DNA from: Lama glama
Lineage: Eukaryota
DNA length: 64,000 nucleotides
Direction: 5' to 3'
Assembly: GCA_028534125.1 (NCBI GenBank)
Contig: CM052818.1
Coordinates: 17,114,001 to 17,178,000 of the forward strand
The notes beneath the pieces are model-generated. The model saw only the letters and a list, made by a program, of their open reading frames with translations, made no database searches and had not been told where the DNA came from. The translations under genes and the position numbers were made by a program. Shown here in pieces: positions 29,360-41,362 of the stretch (positions are counted from its first letter, which is position 1; the number at the start of each line of letters is the position of its first letter).

Positions 29360-29910
29360 TTTTTTTTTACATTTTTTTTATTGAGTAATATTTATTTTAC
29401 AATGTTGTGTCAAATTCTAGTGTAGAGCACAATTTTTCAGTTATACATGAACATATATATAATTCATTGTCACATTTTTTTGCTATGAGCTACCACAAGA
29501 TCTTGTATATTTTTCCCTGTGCTATACAGTATAATCTTGTTTATCTATTCTGCATTTTAAAATCCCAGTCTGTCCCTTCCCACACCCTGCCCCCTTGGCA
29601 ACCGCAAGTTTGTATTCTATATCTATGAGTCTGTTTCTGTTTTGTATTTATGTTTTGTTTGTTTGTTTGTTTTTTTAGATTCCTCATATAAGCGATCTCA
29701 CATGGTATTTTTCTTTCTCTTTCTGGCTTATTTCACTTTGAATGACATTCTCCAGGAACATCCATGTTGCTGCAAATGGCGTTATGTTGTCAGTTTTTGT
29801 GGCTGAATAGTATTCCATCGTATAAATATACCACCTCTTTTTTATTCAGTCATCTGTTGATGGACATCTAGGCTACTTCCATGTCTTGGCTATTGTAAAT
29901 AGTGCTGCTA
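29360..29910 (-). mobile_element. 3' end of a LINE-1 of the same family, truncated by the 500-N gap
   Basis: Reverse complement aligns by eye with 59060-59600 (ORF2 end, 3'UTR, AATAAA, polyA) but has many substitutions, so it is a separate copy. Confidence 0.93.
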
Positions 29911-30410
29911 NNNNNNNNNNNNNNNNNNNNNNNNNNNNNNNNNNNNNNNNNNNNNNNNNNNNNNNNNNNNNNNNNNNNNNNNNNNNNNNNNNNNNNNNNN
30001 NNNNNNNNNNNNNNNNNNNNNNNNNNNNNNNNNNNNNNNNNNNNNNNNNNNNNNNNNNNNNNNNNNNNNNNNNNNNNNNNNNNNNNNNNNNNNNNNNNNN
30101 NNNNNNNNNNNNNNNNNNNNNNNNNNNNNNNNNNNNNNNNNNNNNNNNNNNNNNNNNNNNNNNNNNNNNNNNNNNNNNNNNNNNNNNNNNNNNNNNNNNN
30201 NNNNNNNNNNNNNNNNNNNNNNNNNNNNNNNNNNNNNNNNNNNNNNNNNNNNNNNNNNNNNNNNNNNNNNNNNNNNNNNNNNNNNNNNNNNNNNNNNNNN
30301 NNNNNNNNNNNNNNNNNNNNNNNNNNNNNNNNNNNNNNNNNNNNNNNNNNNNNNNNNNNNNNNNNNNNNNNNNNNNNNNNNNNNNNNNNNNNNNNNNNNN
30401 NNNNNNNNNN
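29911..30410. other. Assembly gap, exactly 500 N
   Basis: Run of N; gene orientation differs on the two sides. Confidence 0.99.
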
Positions 30411-30494
30411 GCTAGGAAAGTTAATTACCAATTAAAATTAGAAACATGCAGATGGCACTTCCAGATTCTTCTTTTGCTCTTCACTAACGTTACT

Positions 30495-30665
30495 AGGGGA
30501 AGGACCAACTAAACATTTGTGAGCCTGGTGCAAAATGAAGATGTGGGGCCCTTGTTCAAAGTGAAGAAATCCAGGACAGTGACAGCAGAGCATTAATCCA
30601 AGCACAAGCCCTTCTAAGCACAGAGTCCTGGGTGACTGCACAAACTGAATGCTATTTGAGCCCCC
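30495..30665. mobile_element. hAT-Tip100 fossil (MER45-like)
   Basis: ggtgcaaaatgaagatgtggggcccttgttcaaa...gtgactgcaca resembles MER45A as I recall it. Confidence 0.6.
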
Positions 30666-31419
30666 TGCCTCCCAATCAGGAGCCTTACTTTTATGCTTAT
30701 TTATTTTTAAAGTTTCCTCTAGTTAGCTCTGCATTCAGGGGTGAACAGACAAGACTGAAGGCAAAACACTTCTTTTATCCATGCTAAGAGGTACAGTTGG
30801 GTCACCTTCCCCATACTGTCTGCCCGTAATGACAAGGCCTCTGCGGTGCAGAGAAGCTGTCTCCAAGCTGTCTTGCTGGCCTGGCCTGGTGCCAATCACG
30901 ATCTGGGTTTGGTGACAGACCAGTCACCCTAACAGCCGTGAGGCTGAACTACCTGCCCAGAGTCACGGAACTCCTCCCTCTTCCCTAACTCTCCTCGGTT
31001 TAGCTAAGGATACATCCTTGAGAATCATTCAGAATGTTTTCATAAAGAGCTATTTGTCTTTTCTGTATAGGCAAAGAGACATTGATAGAGTTCTAAGAAT
31101 AGACAAATGTTTTATACTAAAATATTAGACATACACTTCCCTAATTAAACACTACTTTGAGCAAATAATAGAAAGTTAGACATTAAGCTTGAAGATGACA
31201 GCTTTTCAAAAATGAACACTAACAACGGGAGAAAGGCATTTTATAAACTTCTAAAAAGCACTGGAGAAATGGAAGAGTCCCATGCTAATTAATTACATTG
31301 TATTTGCTTTGATTGGATTGTTATTTAAATCTTTCCTTTAAAAAAAAACAAAACTTCCTAGAATGTGTATGTCTTGGTCTGGTGCATGTGTTGTACACTC
31401 AAATTTTCTTGAGTTTTTA

Positions 31420-31590
31420 TCCTAGCTCCTTAAGTCGACTAGCTGTGTGACCTTGGGTAAACTATTTGTGTTCTCTGTGCCTCAGGGATATATCTGCACA
31501 ATAAGATAATAATAGAAATATTTTACAATATAAATTTGAGGTGCTTTGATTACTTAAAACAATACCTGGTACATGATAAGTCCTCACAGT
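31420..31590 (+). mobile_element. MIR SINE fragment
   Basis: ctagctgtgtgaccttgggtaaact...ctctgtgcctcag core. Confidence 0.65.
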
Positions 31591-34500
31591 TACAGTAATG
31601 GTAGTAACAAATAATACTATTAGCATTATATTGTTATTATTATTATCTTCCCCTAAATGGGTTCAAAACCTCAGAGAAAAATCCTGTGTCCTATCCTTCA
31701 GTAAATACTTATTGAATAAGTGTACCTGTTTAGATTTTGTGAAATATATATATATATTTACAGTAGATGAAATATCTCTTATATTGAATTAAGCCAAATA
31801 GTTAACAAAAAGTAACTCCATTACCTCATAATGCCTAACTTCGTTAAGAAGTGCCAATAAATATAAAGCTCCACCCCTTTGTTTTCATGTTTGGCAGCAT
31901 GGAATCTGAAAACTCACAGAATTGGAGAACCTGGGTAACTCAGTTATTTGGCTAATTATTTATATAGCTTTTTTGCTCAGTTCCCTCGAAAATAAATTGA
32001 ATGATGTATAGAGCCTAGGAGAGCAAAATGACCTAAGGCCAGCAGAGTAGCTTCCAAATGAAAAGAGAATAGTTGGCTTAGGAATTGGGGGATTTAAGGT
32101 TTATTGAGGATCTAACTGTAAGAAAACATGGATCTTGTCTGCGAAAGGGTCTGACCTTGGAGAGCTGCTGAAAACGCCCCACAGAGACTCCTCTGCCTTT
32201 TTCGTAGCTCATACCAACTCTATTCTTTCATCTACGAAATAAACTGTACTATATATAGCTGCCTCACCTCCTATTTCATATCTGGTTAAATCTCATAGCT
32301 CTAGGCAAATGAATAAAAGGGTTTAAAATGCTCTATCAAGAAACACTTAGCCTTTATATACAGCTTTGACATTGATTGTACCCATTTATGACAGATCAGG
32401 ATAAATATCTCTGGTGTAAATCATTTTCAACATAAAAAAAAATTTAAGAAATATAATTTAACCTTTAAAAGTATAATTATATTTACAACACAGTAAAAAT
32501 GAACACAAATTATATAAATACATTGCTAAAAGAATGTTTTAAAATAGTTCTCTTTAAATCTAATCTAGCTCAAATGGCTGGTTTAGGAAGAAGCATAATA
32601 AAATAAACCTACTGTAATGAAAGGAAAAATCTGGACTGTGACTTTATTTTAAGGAAGAAAGGTCATTTCCAAGAAATGCTTTTCACATAATAGGAAAGCT
32701 TGCATGTATAAAATTAAGTACTAAATAGTTAAATGTGATTTTAAGTAAGCATTTTAAACTGAAAATATACTCCGTGTTGGTGTAGCATGAAAAGAAAATG
32801 ATTATATTGATTTACATTGACACTTGCTTACACATGTCTTATGCAATACCTACGCAATGTGAAGCTGACCAAAAGGAAACAATGAAAAAGCATACAGATA
32901 CTGTGCATTTGGCAATTTACCAATATTTGGTTTGACATTCCATAAACAAAGCCAGGGATTATAGTCATAAATGCAAAGATTTTTAAATTAAATATGTAAT
33001 TTCTCATCTGAACACATTATTTTAATAGCTATGGAATTTATTTTTATGAGAAGACAAAGAATGTACAGTTTTGTATAATTCAAAGAATAATGGCTTTACC
33101 TGTGTTTTATTTTCCATACATTGTTACTACAAATGTATTTGCGTATCATTAAATGAGAGACTAAATTAACAAAATTTTGCTGTCCCTCAATAGTTTGGGG
33201 ATATTCTTGTAAAAATTTTCTCCCCAAATAAGAAGCATATTAGAAAAAAGAGGGAAAAAAAGCCTAAATTTCTGACTTTGTTAAGTTTACTTGACCCTTT
33301 TTTTTCATTTCACTAGGAAGTCATTACAGTGCTTGAAAATCTAGTTTTCAGTATTTGCTGTAAACATTATGGACCTCTTTTTTATTTTAAGAAAACACAT
33401 TCTAAGGACTGTGATAAGGGAAATATTGCCTTTAGAATTGTTGAACTGTAGCACCTCATTTATTTTGATCTGTTTTATTTCCTTCCTCAGTGATTGCCCC
33501 CCAAAAAAGGCTATGGACAAATAACACGTGATAATTTATTTATCCAGTATGTAAAAATTATAATGATAATATAATTTTTCACAAGCACTGACAGAATTCT
33601 TTCTTTTGAATTTTATTATTGCAATAACACATAGTGCTAATAATTTTTTTCTTTTGTCATATTCAGCTTATTTATTAGTTTAACTTTTAGTCACTAATTT
33701 GAGGGCTATGATTCTATTTGACCATTTATTTCAGTAATTGGGAAAATATTGGAATTGCTCCTTTCTTTGAAGTTGTGTTGGCATCAAAGTTTTCTGAAAT
33801 GAATGTCTTGCCTTACTGTCCAGGAAGTATTTTGAGAAGGTACTTGCCCAGGGACACCATTGGCTACTAGCAATTAAATCTTATACCAGATTAATTTGGT
33901 TAATCAGAGGAGATAGTGTTTGGAGGTTCCTTGGAGCTGGTCAACCAAATGCTACAAGTAATGTTATATCCACGTGCTTGCTTCTGGTCAGTCGTCCTAT
34001 GGTGAGGCTATGTTAGTTAGGCTTTTACTTCATGAGTTAGTGTCAAGCATGCTCACTTATACACATACATTTGAAGTGTCTTTTCATTTATAGTTATTCC
34101 AATCTGGTTTGATTCTCAAGATTTTGCTCACAGATGCCCCTCATCAGTTTTCATTTGACTGTTCTGAGGTCACTGGTGAATCATGACAAGACTTATTCTT
34201 ATACATCCATGTTTCCTCCCTATTTTACCTTTGTTCAACTGGCTTAGTGCCCTGGGCCTGCTTGATATCACTTCCGTATAATACTGAAATAAGCAATAAA
34301 TTAGGTTTTAAAATACTACGTGTCTTAGCCATGTACTGGACGTAATCTTTCGAGTATGTTGCTAAAGTAAACAATCTGATGCAAAATATTTGCACACAAT
34401 GATCCTATATTTTTAAAGAAGCACATACTACACAATGTGTTATATATTAAATATGTAATATGCAAAGTGTTTTCTGTTATAAGGGCATTAAGATAGTAAT

Positions 34501-35463
34501 ATAATTTTTCTCTGAGGACTGAAATGGTAGGCCAGAATCGTTTCCGTTCTTGTAGCCTTTAAATAATGAATATTGTTTCTAATTAGGAACCGAGTGTTGC
34601 TCAATATTAATTCTATAATATTTGGTTTTTATTTTTACATACAAAAACCATCTCCTTTGTCCTAGTGAAGTGGAAAACATTTCAGAATCTTTGGATTTTC
34701 TAGTAGTATATATTTACTTCTATTAGAAGTTGAAGTCTACACTAGTAAAATGAGTTATTCAGCATAGTGCTTTAGATCATCATTGAACATCAAGTATGTC
34801 CTAAGGATTAAAGGTTCTTTTAAATAGAAGTTCTTGAATACCTTTCAGTCTTTCCAATCCTTTAGGATTAACTCTCTATGAACCTAAATCATTGTAAGTA
34901 TATAAGTAAAAAGACAAAATGCTCCAAATACAAAAGAAAAAAAGATTATTGTTTTCTTTAAAACAAATGAAATTCTAATCAGATATCTTACAGTAAGATT
35001 AGTTAAATACAAAAAATAAATAAAAAACAAAACAAAACAAAACTTTAACAATGGCCACGAATGTCTAATGTATAATTCAAATTTTTACCTTCAATTTTCT
35101 GGATCAGTATTAACATTATAAATGCTATCTCCCTACCAAAAAAAAAAAACCACAAAAAACAAAAACAAAACACACACACAGACACAAAAACTCTAAACTG
35201 TGAAGGAAATGGTGAACGTTTAGAAACCAGCTCTCTCAAGTAACACAACAAAAACCTCCAACCAACAGGTTGTGGTTGTGACGTTTTGTGGTGTAAAAGA
35301 AAATTTTCTTTTCACAGAAGCCAAGGGGATACCAAGTTCAGAATGTTTCTTCTGAAATTTTATAGGTTCTTTTGACAATTTCTACCTTGGCCATTGTTAC
35401 AATACTAACTTTCAAATGGTCCACGCCGGTCTGAAATTTTGCATTACTTTGAGCACATCCTTT

Positions 35464-35601
35464 TTCTTTCTCTCTTCCTTCCTTCCTTCCTTCCTTCCGT
35501 CCTTCCTTCCTTCCTTCCTTTCAATGGAGATACTGGGAATTGAACCCAGGACCTCATGCTTGCTAAGTATGAACGCTGTCACTGAGCTATCCCTCAGCCC
35601 C
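35464..35601 (-). mobile_element. tRNA-derived SINE (camelid Vic-1-like) with a (GGAA)n tail and TSD
   Basis: Minus strand reads GGGCTGAGGGATAGCTCAGTGACAG...GAGGTCCTGGGTTCAATTCCCAGTATCTCCA, with A and B boxes. TSD-like ttgagcacatccttt (35449-35463) and ttgagtacacccttt (35602-35616). Confidence 0.8.
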
Positions 35602-38600
35602 TTGAGTACACCCTTTTGCAATAGTAATAGGGAAATGCTTCACTGAATAAATTAATAATCGAGCCTGATTTCCAGATGAATTCTTTCTTAACCTGCACAA
35701 AAGAGTACTCTTCTAAAACACTGCAGCATTTTATATTTGCATGTAAGCAATAAACCGATTCATCATACACTAAAATAGACCCAAGCCTTCTACTTGGCAA
35801 GCCCTCACACGATTTTGCACTATCTATGTAGTTGTTAAATGTGTATACTTCTCTGTAATTCTCATACATTTAAGATGTGGATAATCCAAATGGGTTTCCC
35901 TTAAATTTTATTGCAACTTTGATATTTCTCTAAAGACTCATTGTCATGTGCCAATTCCCTCTGCCTATTTTAGCTATTTGTTTTTTCACCAGAAATCCCC
36001 GGTCTCTGTATTTTATATGTAATTACTCTTAGATTATTACTAAAAATAATCATTTATAAGCTGTCTCTTCTTTCCCTTCCCTTTTCCTTCCAGCTTAAAA
36101 AAATGACAACAAGAAACAAAATTCATATTTTCTGCATTTATATGTTCATCTTCCTTTACTGCCTCAGCAGGTCCTACCCTAGGCGGATGGACAGCACCAG
36201 CCACTGAGGGGCAGGGATCGAAAGAACTCTACAAATCAAGGCACCATTGTGTGGAGGCAGCGGCAAAAGACTCCTGTTTGCAGTTCTCTGTTCTTTAGGC
36301 AGCAGGCAGCTGCTGTGCACTGAATATTTGTTTCATATTAACAAGAGCCAGCCTCCAGAAATTTCCCCATATCTTTTTAAGTAGCCTGCCAAGTGGCATC
36401 CTGATCAAAGCAATCTAATATGGCTTAAGTGCCTCTGGTTGACATTTTGCATTCTTTTATTGCTTTCCATTTTTATCTACATAAAAAAATTGGTGATAAC
36501 TAACAGCCAGTTGATCTTTTCATTCTGGTAGTAAAATGATAATACAAAGATCTTATTGTCTGCTCCAGACATCCATCATACTATGTATTCCAACAACATA
36601 TTACTCAGCGCATTTCTTCACTCTATCCAAGTCAAAAGTTAGGTTACGTACTTGGCCTTAGATTCTCTTTCTCTCCAGTCCTTAGACAGTGAACTGCAAA
36701 TAGAAGGAGCTGAACTTCAGCCCTTGACACTGTCCACATTAAGGTCACCTGCAATTTTGTTGTCTTTGCATCTTTGATAAAACATTTTCTGTGAGAAGCC
36801 AAAGATAGTTGGAAGGTCTGCCTACTAGAATATTTTTTCAAGAGCAGAGAATTTTTATTCTGGTAAGAAAACAGGAAGAAAGAGAATAGGAGAAAACAAT
36901 ACTGGAAATGCAGAAGTAAGAATAAATCTTGGTAGGAAGAAAGAGCAGGTGGGCAGGAAAAGAGACACGTATAAGGATTAAAGAAAAAAATAACAAACAA
37001 GCAAAAAAAAAAAAATCAGAGATCATGAGTTTACTAAAACCTACTTTCTATATGGATGCAAAGCTGACCCCAAGCCTTCTTTTGGGCAGGAAGGATTTGA
37101 AAAGACCAAAAAAAAAAAACCTAATAAAACAAAAGTACAAAAGCTTTCCTGCATCTGCTACATATTTAAAGTAGTTACTTATATGACCATTAGGACTCGC
37201 CTATAGTTAATAGGAGCAAGTTTAGTTTTTAAATTTTCAATGTATTTTAAACTTCAAAGATTGTAACACTAATCATTTGTAAGGTTACTAGAAGAAGAGA
37301 GAAAAAATTGGGACTATTGAAGCATGCAATACACCACTACAGAGGCCAAAAGATCAGAAAAAATTACAGAGAAACACATGGCCTCATGAGTTTGGATGTA
37401 CTGTTGGGAATTAGTAGGCAGCAGATTTGAAATGGACACTGTCTTGGTCACACTATCTGAGGCTACGTACTTTGGCAGACAGAGAATGCAGAATAAGACC
37501 AACAGCCTTACTAATAATACTTACTACAGACCATACTAATAATGCATTTGAGAAAATTTCACAGGGAATAGAAAATTTCTTTTGCATTCTTTATAGTTTT
37601 GAAAAGAATGAAGTCAGTTATAATACCATGGACTAGGCAAGAGACGGTAAGATACTCACTTTTTCATGCAAATAATTCACCTGTTAGTCACAAAGTACCC
37701 TTCAGTCTGACTTGGCCTCTCTTGGTAAGAACTTGTTATCATTAGTTGGTATTAGTACATATGTCTATAATAATTATTTTTTGTAAAAACATCTATAACT
37801 TGTCTCTTTTTTGATTAATTCAAATAACTGTTCTTCTTTATGTTAAAAGAATGTGACTTTTCAGTCCTTTCCCATCTACCTTTATTGAAGAATACCCTTC
37901 ACTGTCCAGGGAAGACTTATCTGCATTAGAAGATGGTGGTTCTCTTAGCAACTTCCATATACAACTATTTTTTGATGGTAGAATGTACTTCTCTATATCG
38001 GAGTTGACTGAGGAAGGCAAGACTAATCTGTCTCTTGATTCCTGTCCCGGGCAGAGGAGACTAGAGAGCTATAGATAACACATCTCTGTGCTCGCCTTCC
38101 CCTCTATGAATCTGCAAATACTGACCTAATCTAATTCCAAGCTGCAGATAACAAACATATTTTACCAATGAAATGAGCTAACGGACATCAAAGAACTAAG
38201 ATCGGTCTGGGATTGTGTGCAGAGACATTCCATTTATAATCAGAGAGATCAAAGCATACATTTTGACAGTGATATGACCACTATTCACAGAGACAGTTCT
38301 TTTTAAAACATACCTTCTCCACACATGAAAATAAGCTTTAGATTTTTTAAATGAAAACAAGCTCTCTCCTTCCATTTAAAGATTCTGGACAGCTTTTCCT
38401 ATGGGAGCGGGGGGAGGGGGAGGGGAATGGTAGCAACAAAGAATCTGACAGAGATGGTCCCTGGAATTCAAATCTGCCCTTTCTCAAAAGAACCTTAACA
38501 AAAGGCTCTGTCCGGGCCTGTCTGTGGAAGATTCTGTTGCTGCATCTAAACTACTGACGCAGGAAGGGCTGAAAAAGAAATGCGCCTGCCATCGCAGAGC

Positions 38601-39642
38601 CCCACAGGTCTGAATCTGTGCAGTGCAGCTAGACCCTCTTCCCTCCTCACCTGCTACCTATTCTTCAGTAGCACAGAGTCGGATGCTATTTATTTCCTTT
38701 TCCATATCAAATAACACCTGCTGTAAACTGAGCGGAAGGGAGGAGGGGTGGTGAGGATGGAGCGAGTGTCGGTAACAGCAGAGCCATTCTGAGTAAGTGT
38801 AGAGAAATTTTGGAAGGTTTCCACTCAAAATTAAGTTTTGAGTTTAAATATTAATTCTAAATGTAAGATAATCTTTTACATTATAGTTTGTACTATTTCC
38901 TGTGGAAATTTTCTTAAAGACACCAATTGAGGTACTTCATGCTACACTCACAACACAACTGATGTCTTAGGCATGGTATAATTTCTAGATGGCGGTGGTG
39001 CAAGGTTTTGATTTAGTAAACTTGCATTTTGGTTTCAGACAAACTTTCAGCTTACAGGGGATAAATGTAATAAAATCAGTCTTTCATTAAACTACGAGGT
39101 ACACTAAGGTACAAGTATTTTATTTACATTTTTATTGGGTACAAAATGCACTCCAGGTGGAAATCTCTGCTTATTTAATCACTGTAAGTTAGATTTGCAC
39201 TATTTGATTTGTAGATTCCTCCCTGTCCTCAAAGTTGAGCAATAACACGAATTCTTGATGGAACTTGGAGCTCTCGCTGCATCAGCCCACTAGTCCCCAA
39301 ATAAAACAAAGGCAAAGGAAATGAAAACATTACCTGATCAGTGAATGTTCTGTCCAGTGACTGCTGTCAAGTTAAGGCATTTGCAGTCCTGTCTGAGGTG
39401 TGCACTGAAAGCTCACAATCATTGGTTTAATTCAAGTAATTAAAGTGTCACACATTAACACCTTAAAAAGGGAAAAATTCCACTAACCAGCAAAAATCTT
39501 TGTCCTCAAAGGTACTGCTATGCGGAATATCCAGAGAACAGACTATGCTTAATATCAGAGTCTTAGAATAATAAGCTGAATGAAGAGAAGTATCTGACAA
39601 GGGTGGTGAGACTTTAGACGTGAGTTTTAAAATATCACTGAT

Positions 39643-39677
39643 TATATATATATATATATCATATATATATATATATA
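39643..39677. repeat. Interrupted (TA)n microsatellite
   Basis: Direct reading. Confidence 0.9.
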
Positions 39678-41335
39678 CAGCTAGAGAACACAGAAGCACA
39701 CCTGATGACATTAATTTCCATGAAATACTAGGGTTTATGTAGCTACCTTTTGTAAATTTAAAAACCCGTGCTGTATTGTATGCTTTATAGGAATAAAATG
39801 AAGCAGAAGTCTGGAAAGAAAGAGTTTCCTCACATGGATTTTCTAAGATCCGGGAAGAACCAAGAACACCTGCAGCTACACTGAGTCACAAGCTTGGCTT
39901 TGCGAAAGGATTTTGTGAGTCACAACTTTGCCTGCATCGATGCTCCAGAGCTCAAAACAAACTGGACCATGGTATCAGACTTGTAAACCTGTGCTCCTTT
40001 TCAGAGTGTGGTAGAGATGGGGTTTGAGAGGAGATGATGTATACCTGAAAATTTCTACTTCTGTGAGAGCTCTGAGAGGTTAGTTCAGGATCGATATTCT
40101 GTTTGAGATGATTTTTAATGCCTTGTATGAGAGTTTTAACAACTTAATTTTTCATAAATCATGATTCAGTTACCTTTTTATTGCTATGATTGGAAGGACT
40201 GGCTTTTATGCTGCTTTGGAGTGAGTATTTAAAGTATTTTAAGACAAATCTGAGTTATAAGAAGCACAGTGCTTAAAATAGCATGTATTTAAGTAGATAA
40301 GGCTTCTTGTTTTTGCAAGTTTAAGACCACCATTTTGTTCCTCAGAGAATGACTTATTGCCATTTGGAAACAGAGAGGTTTTGGGAGTAGACTCCATCAA
40401 CTCACATTCAGCATTTTCCGAAGACATTAAAACTATTTTACTGACTATGACAGTGAAAGATTAGAAGCTTGTTAGAACCATTTCAGTTAAACAGCTAATA
40501 ACTGTTATACTGGAGGAGATTCCTTAATGTGGTCAGCAAAACCTGGAAAAGAACAACCTAAATATTTACGTAAAGAAATAAAATAAATTTACTCTTAAGA
40601 TAATGCTACGACTCAAAATAAAATCACAGTCCTTATATCCTTTCAGATTCTCTAGTCCACAATCAAAAACACTCAGTCCATGCATCTTTTCTAACTTATC
40701 ATTTGGCATGCATATCACAGATTTGAAGGGTTTTGGTTATTTTGGCAGATAGACGATTAGGATGTAAAAATTCATTATGTAAATGCTCTTAATGAACAAG
40801 AAAAATTTCTTTAGATAAGTAATTTTCTGTACATATATATAAAACTTGGAAAAACACACATTTTCCAATGTAAAATTTTGGTTGAATTTAGAAAGGTTTA
40901 ATAGTAACTTTCAAATAAAAGGGATTTTTTCCCCTATGTTTGAGTTAAGAGATAAAACCAGAAAGTGAAGAGAGTAAGACCCACAGTATTTTTTCCTAAT
41001 TTGGTTGTGAAGAGAACTGCTGGAGTCCAAGATCAGCCAAAATACAAATGCTAGTTGCTATATCCAAGGGTCTACAGAGGCGTCTGCACCTTCTGTTACA
41101 GGGTATTTGTCACCTCTTTTCCCACTTAGAGGTAGAAACTGCAGCAGGAAGGTCTTCAGCTGGACAGATCTCAAAATGAATTTTTACAACCCAGATGATG
41201 GACTGGTATACTTCAAAAGTGAATTCATGGGTTTTATAAACACCTTTCTCTTTCTCTTTCTTTTGTTATTTTTTTCTTGACTAGCTACATCATAATGGAG
41301 GAATAACATTTTAAAGATTTTGAATAGGCACTTAC

Positions 41336-41362
41336 TGGAATTACAGTTAATCCTGATACAAT
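41336..41362 (-). CDS. NRXN1: NRXN1 alternative splice site 3 (SS3) microexon, 27 nt ('exon 12')
   Basis: Read manually; absent from the ORF track. ttcttccccatctag|ATTGTATCAGGATTAACTGTAATTCCA|gtaagtg encodes (D)CIRINCNS(S), the known SS3 insert. Frame-preserving, phase 1/1. Confidence 0.95.

Noticed and set aside
29868..30512. Long ORFs of 177-208 aa
   Set aside because: They consist almost entirely of X from the N gap.
35525..35600. tRNA gene
   Set aside because: It has a TSD, a simple-repeat tail and degenerate stems, so it is a SINE.
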